Positions 1 to 11,708 of a DNA stretch of 64,000 bases are shown here, one piece after another. Origin of the DNA: Octopus vulgaris (lineage: Eukaryota); assembly GCA_951406725.2 (NCBI GenBank), contig OX597814.1, positions 166,346,001 through 166,410,000 on the forward strand. The letters run 5' to 3'. The position numbers and the translations under genes are program-made. The notes under the pieces were generated by a model. The model did no database searches, was not told where the DNA came from, and saw nothing but the letters and a program-made list of their open reading frames with translations. Each line of letters opens with the position of its first letter. Position 1 is the first letter of the stretch.

Positions 1-190
1 TTGTCCGCAATGCGTGAAGATCTTTTCATACTTATACAACACAATAGATTGTGGTCAAACGTTTGCGTGGTGTTGTGAAATCACTACAAGACATTTTCTG
101 TTAACTTGGTTTTACACGGGAACAACAAGCAGCCTAAACATATCTCAATTCCGCCATCAAATCTCGTTAAACTAAAAAAAAGAAAAAAAT

Positions 191-575
191 AGGCGCAGAA
201 GTGGCTGTGTGGTAAGTAGCTTGCCTACCAACCACATGGTTCTGGGTTCAGTCCCACTGCGTGGCATCTTGGGCAAATGCCTTCTGCTATAGCCTCGGGC
301 CGACCAATGCCTTGTGAGTGGATTTGGTAGACGGAAACTGAAAGAAGCCTGTCGTATATATGTATGCATATGTTTGTGTGTCAGTGTTTGTCCCTCTAGC
401 ATTGCTTGACAACCGATGCTGGTGTGTTTACGTCCCCGTCACTTAGCGGTTCGGCAAAAGAGACCGATAGAATAAGTACTGGGCTTACAAAGAATAAGTC
501 CCGGGGTCGATTTGCTCGACTAAAGGCGGTGCTCCAGCATGGCCGCAGTCAAATGACTGAAACAAGTAAAGAGAG
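191..575 (+). mobile_element. tRNA-derived SINE, family 1 (~400 bp, internal TA/TG microsatellite, AAAAGAGT tail)
   Basis: A-box-like TGGCTGTGTGG and B-box-like GGTTCAGTCCC; near-identical copies across the window. Confidence 0.85.
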
Positions 576-1209
576 TAGTGTGAAAGGACACTCTTCATAA
601 ACTGAGACCACTAGACTCCGTGTTATTGTAATAACAAAGGCTCTCGTTGTTATTTTGATACGGGTTGGATATCTTCGCGTGTTCAGTTTCCAAGTTGTGA
701 TGGTAACTTTTCCCACGAATATCATTGTTAAGTGATTCTCTATCTTATCATTTCTATATCATATGTAAATGCTATTTATGTCAACTTAACATGTTTTTTT
801 GTTTCTGAATTGTTGAGGGAAAAACTTAATTCTAATTCCTGGTTTAGTATGAGAGTGTGTAGCGATTTACAGATAGTTGACTGCATAGTACAATTTAGAT
901 TATCAGTTCTTCTCACATTCACTCCTTTCTTGTACCATACTCATATCTTTTGGGAAGTATATATCTATTTCATGTAATTGCACACCACACGCCTATACTG
1001 AAAATGATATATATAATGTTATTGCATCTGGAATAACATTTTCCCTAGAAGGTTGAGTCTGCAACCAAGGTTCGATTCCCGGCAAGAGCTCATTCTTTTA
1101 TTCAACGAAGCACAAAAATGATATATAATCCAGCAAGTGAATCTTTTTGCAGTTACTCGACCTCCTCGAAATAGAAGCTGGACTTTCTTTAAACCACGCC
1201 CCAGCCAGT

Positions 1210-1762
1210 GGTGAAACTACAATTGGTGCTACTTTGGCGTGTGATCTACAACTTAGAGGGTGATTACTTTAGGTTACTTTTTAGTTTACTTTTCAATTTC
1301 TAAAATCCCTTAAGATGTCGGCTAAAGATTTTTACAATGTGGTCAGCGACGAGACGAAGGTAGTTGCATTTTTACGAAGAAATGGCCTTTTAGATAATGA
1401 AGAAAATGCTGCACCGTGTCATCGTTGCGGTGGAGAAATAAAAGAAGCTCAAGGAAAAGGGGGAAACGGTGAAATTTTGCCAACTTATCAGTCTAACCGC
1501 ACCGGAAATGTTTTTTCTATTATATTGATTCAAATAACAAAATCCATTGCAATCTTTCTCTGTGTCAAATTTTCGAATTAATTATTTTCATTTTATTCAA
1601 GATGTCTCTTATGACAAGTTGCATCAGTTAACTGGTAGAAGTACTGAATCAAAATTTCGCGATTTTTCTTTTAGAAATTTAAAACTAAACTAAAAAGTAA
1701 CCTAAAGTAATCGCCCTTTAAATTGTAGACCACACGCCAAAGTAGCACTCTAGAGTTTTACC
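1210..1762 (+). mobile_element. Internally deleted Merlin/IS1016-like DNA transposon
   Basis: ~95-bp imperfect TIRs (GGTGAAACT...AGTTTTACC); ORF 1315-1581 has FLRRNGLL...CHRCG, like the Merlin N-terminal zinc ribbon; no clear TSD. Confidence 0.6.
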
Positions 1763-1928
1763 ATCCAAGCACCTACTTGGATGGGAAAACTCCTCCGAAA
1801 AGCACAACATAATGCGCTTGAAACATATCTGAACAAAAAGAAAAAGCGGTACATAAAGAAAAATACGTGATGGAAATTGGGATGTCCTATTAATTTATAA
1901 ACTGAAAACAAATAATATACAATATTAA

Positions 1929-2092
1929 GCGCAGGAGTGGGTGTGTGGTAAGTAGCTTGCTAACCAACCACATGGTTCCGGGTTCAGTCCCACTGCGTGG
2001 CATCTTGGGCAAGTGTCTTCTGTTATAGCCCCGGGCCGACCAATGCCTTGTGAGTGGATTTGGTAGACGGAAACTGAAAGAAGCCTGTCGTA

Positions 2093-2158
<66 letters not shown>

Positions 2159-2372
2159 TGTTTATGTGTCTGTGTTTGTCCCCCTAGCATTGCTTGACAA
2201 CCGATGCTGGTGTGTTTACGTCCCCGTCACTTAGCGGTTCGGCAAAAGAGACCGATAGAATAAGTACTGGGCTTACAAAGAATAAGTCCCGGGGTCGATT
2301 TGCTCGACAAAAGGCGGTGCTCCAGCATGGCCAAAGTCAAATGACTGAAACAAGTAAAAGAGTAAAAGAGTA
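1929..2372 (+). mobile_element. SINE family 1
   Basis: Full-length copy with expanded internal (TA)n. Confidence 0.85.
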
Positions 2373-2905
2373 ATATTCTAAAAAAATTATTTTTCTTGCT
2401 TTTCTGTTTCCAAAAATTTCAATGACACAGTAAATCTATTTTGTCTTTTAGCTGTTCTGAAAACAGTTATGGAAAGATTTCTCAACCACAAGGTGCTCAT
2501 AATAAGATCTAAGGTAATTTTTTTTTATAAGCTTAATTTGGAAAAACTCTCACCGCTAGCAACAGCAGTTTTAAGAAAAATCTGCTGCAGTATTACAATA
2601 TTAGGAACCGACTTCACACTAGGATAGTCTGTAAATGCTTTTCAGGTTTCTATTCCATTCTTACTTACAAAAACTACAATAAAGCGTTGAAGTTTCTTTC
2701 TTTCAACTTTTATCAATGTCTTTATCTTTCAACTCTTTATCAATGTCTTCGTAATAGGGATCTTGTGGACACTCATATTTATAATCAAAAAGATTTAACG
2801 GAGCAACGAAAACTTTCTTAGCAAGTTAATGAAGTTGCTAAATTTCGTTTTCGGATTTGGTTTGCAAGATTCTTTATATGAGTTCGTGTGTTGAAGCATA
2901 TTCTG

Positions 2906-3178
2906 TTGTGTCTGGGGAGAGTCATTTTCTTTTTGTGCCTTTTAATGTAACACACTCACCGGTAAAATTTCCACTTATTTCTTATTTTTATTTTCCTAAA
3001 ATTTTCGTTGCGTCTTGCAACCTTTTCAAGACTATTGATGGAAAGTATATAGTCTTGAAAAGGTTGCAAGACGCAACGAAAATTTTAGGAAAATAAAAAT
3101 AAGAAATAAGTGGAAATTTTACCGGTGAGTGTGTTACATTATAAAGCACAAAAAGAAAATGACTCTCCCCAGACACAA
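2906..3178. repeat. Near-perfect hairpin, ~130-bp arms, 13-nt spacer
   Basis: 2906-3035 is the reverse complement of 3049-3178; related diverged sequence at ~41300-41440. Confidence 0.9.
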
Positions 3179-3192
3179 TAGAAGTTGCTAAA

Positions 3193-3666
3193 ATCTCAAG
3201 GTTATTTCTTGAATTACTCTGTTCAACGAAGAAAACATTTTATTCTCAATGCAGTTTTATACTGTATACCAACATCTCGTGATGTTTCACAAATTATTTG
3301 TTTTCTTCTTCCTACATCGACAGTGACGCTCCATTATCATCCACTGATCACCAAATATTTTTTTGGCGTAGGTGGAATATTTTTTGCCATTATTCCCATA
3401 ACTCGCTAGCTTACATATTCATACAGAGTACAACGTTACAGGGTATTTCGGAAAAGTTTATTTCATTGCTGATATCAGAGCTTCCTTGGCAGAATAATAT
3501 ATCAACCACATTTCTTCACTGTTTGGTAGTTAACAACAAAAACCTGTCATATGTTAGTTTTCTGGTTTGTCCTTGTGGAGATCACGAGATGCTGGCAAGC
3601 AGCACGAAAATGCGTTAAGAAAAGGTTTTCTTCGTTGAATAGAGTGATTTAAGAAATAACTGAGAT
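3193..3666. mobile_element. Putative MITE / degenerate TIR element
   Basis: ~65-bp imperfect inverted termini (atctcaaggttatttcttgaattactctgttcaacgaagaaaac / gttttcttcgttgaatagagtgatttaagaaataactgagat). Confidence 0.45.
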
Positions 3667-4569
3667 GAACCGACAACCGTTTCCACCAAGGAACCTTAAA
3701 ATCTGCTCCTAATACGCCCGAAAAGAAACAAGTTTTGCCTAACTTTCTGAAATATTTCTTTTCGAATTCCTTCTTGACCTAATCCTGGGATTATTGTTAC
3801 CATTTTACAACTAATATCACTTACACTAGTTTCTGTAATATATTTATATTTTATAACTATTAAATGTTAAACAAATATTTTGATCAAATATATTTGGGAG
3901 ATAGTTGACATGTACAAAGGCTTTGCCGTCAAGAAGCTTTCTCGCTTTAAATAAAAGGTGTTGAAAAATACCAGCAGTCTTTTCGGGATGACCTCATTCG
4001 ACAGAATGATGAATACATTTCTCGCTTCTCGGCAGTCATCAGTACTGTGTACTGCAAGAGTAGATGAACCCGGCGTCGCGCGTGATCAGCGCATGTTTTG
4101 ATGTTGACTTGCTATAAGGAAACAATGGTTTCCGAAATCCTTTCAGAATTGTCTCTTTTTCAGTACATGGTACTGATGATAACAAAAAGCGAGAAATGCA
4201 TTCACCGTTCCACTGACAGAGGGCGCCTTGAAATAACTGTTGATGTTTTTCAACACCTATTGTCTAAAGCGAGAAAGGTTCTCCACGCAAATTAGCGGTG
4301 AATGCAGCTTTTGTACTAATCATATACCGTAAATTCCGAGCTATAAGCCGCTACTTTTTTCCCCACACTTTGAACATTGCGGCCATTACTATGGTGCGGC
4401 TAAAGCATGTTTTTTTTGTCATGCCGTGAAAAACATTTTGCCTCGCAACACCAATCAAGTTGATGAGTAGGTCACAGAGGTCCAATGAAATTGTGCGATA
4501 AATCAAGATCACCTTCACAATTCAATTACCGGTATTATAAATCTGTTATTTGTATTCACCCTCATCAAC

Positions 4570-5864
4570 ATGAAAAACACTCGAAGAAAAGCATATAATG
4601 CAGCTTGTAAGTTGAAGCCGGTTAATCTGGCGGTTGAAGAAGGAAATCGAGCTGCTGCACGTAAACTTGGCATAAATGAATCAATGGTGAGATGGTGGAG
4701 ACGCCAGCAGGAAGAACTGAATCAGTGCAAAAAGACGACAAAAGCTTTCAGAGGTAACCATAGCAGATGGCCCGAACTTGAAAACTTTCTTGAAGACTGG
4801 GTTAACACGCGGAGAACAGGCAGCTGCGGTGTTTCCACGGTGCAGATCAGACTGCAGGCTAAAACAATCGCCACCGAAATGAAAATCGATGATTTCAGAG
4901 GTGGGCCACCGTGGTGTTTTAGATTTATGAGAAGAAAAGGCCTGTCCATCAGGGCACGCATGACTTTCTGTCAGCAGCTCCCTCCCGACTACGAGGGAAA
5001 ACTTGTTAACTTTCGCACATTCACTCAAACAAAGATAGCGGAGAATTCCATCGGGCCAGAAAATATCATAAATATGGATGAAGTACCTTTGACATTTGAC
5101 CTGCCTCTCGCTCGGACTGTTAATAAAAAAAGTGACTCGTCCATCACACTGAAAACAAGTGGCCATGAGAGAACGCATTTTACCTGTGTTCTGAGCCGCA
5201 CAGCATCCGGACTAAAGCTTCCACCGATGGTGATTTTTAAGCTGCTGACAATGCCAAAGAAATAATTCCCAAAAGAAATCGTGGTGAAAGTCAATAAGAA
5301 AAGATGGATGATGGAGAGCCTAATGAAGGATTGGCTCAGAGAGTGCTACGCCAAGCAACCTGGGGGGATTTTTTCACACAAAAGAAAGCATTGCTCGTTA
5401 TGGACAGCATGAGAGCCCATATAACAGATTCAGTGAAAGCTGCCATCAAGAGTACAAACTCAATTCCAGCTGTGATTCCTGGGGGTATCACTAAGTATTT
5501 GCAGTCACTGGACATCAGCGTGAACTGGGCATTTAAAGTGCTACTGCGCCGTGAGTGGGAGGATTGGATGACGAGCGGCGAGAAATCTTTCACCAAAACA
5601 GGCCGCATGCGAAGAGCATCTTTCACTCAAGTTTGCCAGTGGATCCTAAATGCGTGGAGCCATGTCAAAACATCCACCATCACCAACGGGTTTCGAAAAG
5701 CTGGACTGCTGCTTGATGAAGAGGACCGGGTGTGCTCAAGTGAGAGCGACAACGAAGAGGCTGAAGTAAGTGACGAGATCATGAGGCTGTTCAATTCAGA
5801 CACTGAAGAAGAGGACTTCGATGGTTTCAGTGCACAAGAAGAAGATGAAGAAGGCGATCAATGA
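4570..5864 (+). pseudogene. Disrupted pogo transposase (Brinker/CENP-B HTH + DDE_1, acidic tail)
   Basis: NMDE, VMDS and QSLD catalytic motifs with 35 residues between D2 and D3; in-frame TAA at 5263-5265; frameshift in the G/T run at ~5362-5374. Confidence 0.87.
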
Positions 5865-5904
5865 CTTTTGACCTGGTAGGCTGCAGTGTGTGTGTGTGTG
5901 TGTG

Positions 5905-5949
<45 letters not shown>

Positions 5950-5950
<1 letters not shown>

Positions 5951-6355
5951 GGCGCAGAAGTGGTTGTGTGGTAAGCAGCTTGCTTACAAACCACATGGTT
6001 CCGGGTTCAGTCCCACTGCGTGGCACCTTGGGCAAGTGTCTTCTACTATAGCCTCGGGCCGACCAAAGCCTTGTGAGTGGATTTGGTAGAGAGAAACTGA
6101 AAGAAGCCCATCGTATATATGTATATATATATGTGTGTGTGTATGTTTGTGTGTCTGTGTTTGTCCCCCTAGCATCGCTTGACAACTGATGCTGGTGTGT
6201 TTACGTCCCCGTTACTTAGCGGTTCGGCAAAAGAGACCGATAGAATAAGTACTGGGCTTACAAAGAATAAGTCCCGGGGTCGAGTTGCTCGACTAAAGGC
6301 GGTGCTCCAGCATGGCCACAGTCAAATGACTGAAACAAGTAAAAGAGTAAAAGAG

Positions 6356-6356
<1 letters not shown>
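5950..6356 (+). mobile_element. SINE family 1 nested in pogo element
   Basis: Full-length copy between microsatellites. Confidence 0.85.
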
Positions 6357-6440
<84 letters not shown>

Positions 6441-6444
<4 letters not shown>

Positions 6445-7318
6445 CGAGACAAAACCACTATTTTGCAAACCAAACAAGGAAAGACTTAATCAATACATAA
6501 AAATTTTAATATAAAGTATTAATAAGTTTCAAAATAAATTCCTTTCTAGAAGGTATAGGAATATCTTTCAAAGATGAATCCCAAAATAGCGGTTCTATCT
6601 TACCTATAAATTCCATAATTTACGAAATTGAGGTATTACACTCAATATACAAAATTATCAATAAATTAAATAATAATTATTTAATTTATTGATAATTTTG
6701 TATATTGAGTGTAATACCTCAATTTCGTAAATTATGGAATTTATAGGTAAGATAGAACTGCTATTTTGGGATTCATCTTTGAAAGATACTCCTATACCTT
6801 CTAGAAAGGAATTTATTTTGAAACTTATTAATACTTTATATTAAAATTTTTATGTATTGATTAAGTCTTTCCTTGTTTGGTTTGCAAAATAGTGGTTTTG
6901 TCTCGAATTAATATTATATAATATTAAACTATAAAATTGGATTTAATCCTAAATCTGATTTTTTCCCTGTAAATTTGGATTTATTCCCTAATATTTATTA
7001 TTATTTAATTTATTGATAATTTTGTATATTGAGTGTAATACCTCAATTTCGTAAATTATGGAATTTACAGGTAAGATAGAACCGCTATTTTGGGATTCAT
7101 CTTTGAAAGATATTCCTATACCTTCTAGAAAGGAATTTATTTTGAAACTTATTAATACTTTATATTAAAATTTTTATGTATTGATTAAGTCTTTCCTTGT
7201 TTGGTTTGCAAAATAGTGGTTTTGTCTCGAATTAATATTATATAATATTTTACTATAAAATTGGATTTAATCCTAAATCTGATTTTTTCCCTGTAAATTT
7301 GGATTTATTCCCTAATAT

Positions 7319-7325
<7 letters not shown>
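6441..7325. repeat. AT-rich element in (TA)n: inverted partial copy + two ~323-bp direct repeats (Penelope pseudo-LTR-like)
   Basis: 6441-6676 is the reverse complement of 6677-6909; 6677-6999 is repeated at 7000-7325; relatives at ~16780, ~26390 and ~39030. Confidence 0.75.
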
Positions 7326-7382
<57 letters not shown>

Positions 7383-7980
7383 CCGGTCGTTAAGAGGAAT
7401 GTTGTTCGTGCACTGTTCAGTAAAAAAGCATAAGCAACGTAATTTGTGTTACTGGTACGTACGTATACTCAAAAGTAGCCGTGTTGCAGACAGAGATCGA
7501 AAAAAAAAACCCTTTGCAATATGTGTTCGCTTATGTTACCATACGGATTAAATTAAAAGTTTTAAAATTCTCACGTGTAATATTACAACGTTGGACACCT
7601 GCGGTTTAAAATCCGGTGCGGCCTGTACAAATACAAAATTGATTTCCGTTCTAAAATGCGGCTTTTAATCAGGTGCGCTCTGTGGTCCGGAATTTACAGT
7701 ATGTCCCAAATATATTTGACCCGATCTATATGTTTGTTATTCACAACACTGCTTTCGTGCATCCACTACAATATTAAATGTAATACTTATAGATTATAAA
7801 ATATATTTTCAGAAAATTCATGACCTAAATGCATCTACACCAATGTCCTAAAAAAAAAAAATCATCATTAATTTCGTACAAGCAAGGCCTCGTACAAAAT
7901 TTCTTGCATGTATAATGGAAGGCAAGGTTTACGATATCAGAAGAATATCGCCTTCTTCCATTATCTCTTTTTGTTCTTTG

Positions 7981-8937
7981 TGTAGTTCAGGCTCCGGCAG
8001 GTGAAGAGGGAAGTACAAATGCAATTTACAACTGGTTTTATTTACAAGTTTTACAGGATAGGTGAAGTGTGCTACTCTCAGCAACCATCTTTAGCTGTGT
8101 GCGTTGTGTAATAGCTCCGTTAGTGTGGGCACATTGCCTCTGGAGGTGCAATATACAGACAGGCCCAGCCAGTGGAGTGCGCTCAGCAAGCGCTGCTGCT
8201 AAGAGACGGAAAGAAGAAGCGGCAAAAGAGAGATATTTCTTTATTTATCTATAAAAAGGTTTACATAGAGGGGACATTACAAGGACAGACAAGGGACATG
8301 TAGGATGCAAACACGCTTCTTATATACACTATGAAAAGACAGATGGATTTACATATATTTTGCGGATGGGAGTTAAAAATATAAATGATGATTGGATGAA
8401 ATTTGGGTCCGGGTTAGTGAATTAAACCGCCGGTTGGTTATCCCTTTTGGTAATCTTTTTCCTTTCTTTTATGTTCCGACCGACCGTGCAAGCACAGCCT
8501 CGTACATTCTCATCTTTCTTACCACTATCGTCCATCTTTTTCCAAACGCTTTTTGCGGCAGGCTCCTCTTCTCCAGACGGATCTTGCTGGACAGATGAGC
8601 AGCGAAGTAATTCACCAGCCCACGTCCGGAGATGAATTGACCTGTCGCAATCCCTTTTGCTCGCGTCTTCCATACCACATCTTTCAGTATGGTTACTACG
8701 CAGAGAAAAGCTACCTTCTTTTCTTTGGTGAAAGAGGAAGGAGGTGCAATCTTTGAGGCGGCAAAAGAGAGAGAATCTCAATCTGTTTTGCCCTTATATA
8801 CAGTTTGCCATCGTGAGCCTCGTTGTGATCTTGCGCATGGCAAATAGATGCAGATGAGGTCTTGCTCCAGTCTCAGCGATGGCAATGGCTGCCGCGAGAT
8901 TTCTTCCAATATGGCACTGACTTCTTGTGCCGCTGCA
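7981..8937 (-). mobile_element. Putative solo LTR interrupted by a LINE
   Basis: TGTAG...CTGCA ends; minus-strand TATATAAG (~8793-8800) and AATAAA (~8037-8042); no clear TSD. Confidence 0.4.
8234..8757 (-). mobile_element. 5'-truncated L1/Tx1-type LINE
   Basis: 15-bp TSD GCGGCAAAAGAGAGA (8219-8233, 8758-8772); ORF2 C-terminal remnant KDVVWKTR...HLSSKIRLEKRSL...FGKRW; A-rich tail. Confidence 0.7.
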
Positions 8938-9475
8938 AGGGCTCCCCACTGAGTGCGGAAGTGCGAAAACAGAATAATTGGATATTTTTTTAATTTTCTA
9001 CGTTTTGAGTTCAAATTCTGCCTAGATGAACTTTGTCGGTCATCAAATAAAGGATATGTCTCATTTATTTATGATAGTAGAATGTGATTTGAGGAATATT
9101 TGGTTGCTATTTTTATCAGGTCTCGTAACCAATTCTTTCTTTAGTGCAATATGTGATTCGTTGGTGGATCTTCGTTGGACGAATTAACTGGTAGTGACTG
9201 AACATTTCACAGTACGTGTACTTTCAACATAATTCTTAGGTAGAATCAGTGTGACATATAGTCTCGCCTTTCGAATTACAGGTATCATCCATCTGACTAC
9301 CCAATTTCACTCACAAGGTATGGGGTGGAGGTGGGGAGCTTCTTAAATATCTTCCTATCACCAGAACATTTCCAAATTTTCTATACTGATATAGTTTTGC
9401 ATAGTGATAATAAAAATCACATTAATTTTTCTTTTCCATTTCTTTTTTTTTTGTTTCTTGAAATTAATAATAATA

Positions 9476-9667
9476 CTTTCTACTAAAGGCACAAGGCCTG
9501 AAATTTTGGGTGAAGGGATAGTTTATTATGGTACTTATTTCATCAGCCCTGAAAGGATGAAAGGCAAAGTCGACCTTGGCGAAATTTGAACTCAGAATAT
9601 AAAGACAGACATGATGCTGCTAAGCATTTTGCCAGGTGTGCTAACGATTCTGTCAGCTCACCGCCTT
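9476..9667 (-). mobile_element. SINE family 2 (GTCGACTTTGCCTTTCATCCTTTC core)
   Basis: Shared core with other copies; tRNA-like head with GAGTTCAAAT B box. Confidence 0.7.
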
Positions 9668-9821
9668 CCTCGAAATGAATAATAATAATAAAAACAAAAC
9701 TGACAAGCTTTTAAAGCTATATAATTTTAGTCAATCAGAAGCCTCCATTGTCAGCATCCTGGAAGTTGCAGTTGTCTGTTTCAATAGAAACAGCATAACA
9801 TTGTCCTTGTTATCAATATAC

Positions 9822-10215
9822 TCTCTTTACTCTTTTACTTGTTTCAGTCATTTGACTGTGGCCATGCTGGAGCACCGCCTTTAGTTGAACAAATTGACCC
9901 AGGACTTATTCTTTGGAAGCCTAGTACTTATTCTATCGGACTCTTTTGCCGAACCGCTAAGTTACGGGGACGTAAACACACCAGCATCGGTTGTCAAGCG
10001 ATGTTGGGGGGACAAACGCAGACACACATACATATATATATATATACATATATACGACGGGCTTCTTTCAGTTTCCGTCTACCAAATCCACTCACAAGGC
10101 TTTGGTCGGCCCGAGGCTATAGTAGAAGACACTTGCTCAAGGTGCCACACAGTTGGAGTGAACCTGTCACCATGTGATTGGTAGCAAGCTACTTACCACA
10201 CAGCCACTCCTATGG
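9822..10215 (-). mobile_element. SINE family 1
   Basis: Reverse-complement full-length copy. Confidence 0.85.
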
Positions 10216-10951
10216 CTTGTTTATATATGTTTACTTTAAGAAAAGGAAAACATTACGATACCTTGAATTTTTTTACTTATAAAGAATTTAATGAAAGAAA
10301 ACAAAAATGAAAAATTTAATGTTATGCAATCTCAGTTTTTTTTTTGATTAAATAGGAAGAAAACTGTTCAACATTAATGAAATTGTGCTGCTTTTTCTTC
10401 TGTCTTCGTACTTCCGAACAAAGTCACAAAATTCACTGTTGAAGCACTCAATTTATAGGAAAAGGAAAATCAATCATGTATTTAAGACAAAAACAAATCC
10501 AGTTTGCTGTACTTGGGATAGAAAACACATCAGTAACATTGTTTATGTCAAGATTGTTCCCATGAAAACAGTTTCCATGTTTCCCATGGAAACAGACAAT
10601 TGTGGCTTCCAGTATGTTGGCAATGGAGACTTCTGTTTGGCTAACATTACATAAATTTAAAGGCTTGTAACTGTTTCTTATTAGTTTCTAGAGAAAATGA
10701 ATGAGATTTTTGTCATCAGCATGCAAAACTACATCAATGCAAAAAATCTGAAAAACATTCTGAAGATGGGAAGAAATTTAATAAAACCCCCTACTACATA
10801 TTCTTATGTGTATTTGAATGCAGTCTCTGGGGTGTAGTTTTTTTTAGCTATATTGTTTGTTAGAGTCTCTCTTTTTACACCAAAGTAACCTTTGTGGTAT
10901 GCATGCAGATGATAGTTAGAAAATTAGGTTGTCATGTGCCTTTTGTTGCTT

Positions 10952-11058
<107 letters not shown>

Positions 11059-11344
11059 GGATGACACATTCCATATATTTCATAAGCATAACTAGCAATT
11101 TTGTTACAAATTTTTTGAGGCACATTTTCAATATACCCTTCTATGCTGAATCTAAATTTGAAATCAGGTTTTTCCATATCAGGATTAGTTTCCTAGCAAC
11201 ACTATATTCATTTTTCCCATTTCCTTTAGTGTAATTACTGATAAGAAGAAAAAAAGAAACTAGTGTATCATGTTAATTATTATAACTATAATTAGAAATT
11301 TTAGGATTCTTTTATTCTTTTTCAGACATTTTATTCTTATTTCA

Positions 11345-11708
11345 GACATTTGACTGTGGCCATGCTGGATCACCATCTCAAAGGGTTTTTAGTAGAAGTC
11401 ATTGACTCCAGGATTTATTCTTTGTAAGCTTAGTTCTTATTTTATCAACTCTTTAGCCAAACTGCTAAGTTACAGGGATGTAATCACACTGACATCGATT
11501 GTCAAGTGATGATGGGGGCACAGACACACACACACACATAAATATATATACATATATACAAGCTTCTTTTAGTTTCTGTCTACCAAATCTACTCACAAGA
11601 CTTTGGTCAGCCCAAGGCTATAGTAAAAGAAACTTGCCCAAGGTGCCATGCTGTGGAACTGAACTCAGAACCATGTGGCTGGGAAGCAAACTTCTTATCA
11701 CACAGCCA
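11345..11708 (-). mobile_element. SINE family 1, degenerate
   Basis: Diverged reverse copy. Confidence 0.7.

Larger units (their letters stand above)
4327..7699 (+). mobile_element. pogo-superfamily (DD35D, POGK/Passer-like) DNA transposon with nested insertions
   Basis: TA|CCGTAAATTCCG ... CCGGAATTTACAG|TA termini; subterminal GCGG repeats; transposase at 4570-5864. Confidence 0.85.

Noticed and set aside
172-600. Recurrent 60-220 aa ORFs such as MTTDAGVFTSP and SFRLPNPLTR
   Set aside because: Translations of SINE family 1, repeated at many copies
11140-11200. Minus-strand LILIWK as a possible integrin TM exon
   Set aside because: Upstream residues are polar (NEYSVARK), there is no HDRxE/NPxY, and a stop follows soon
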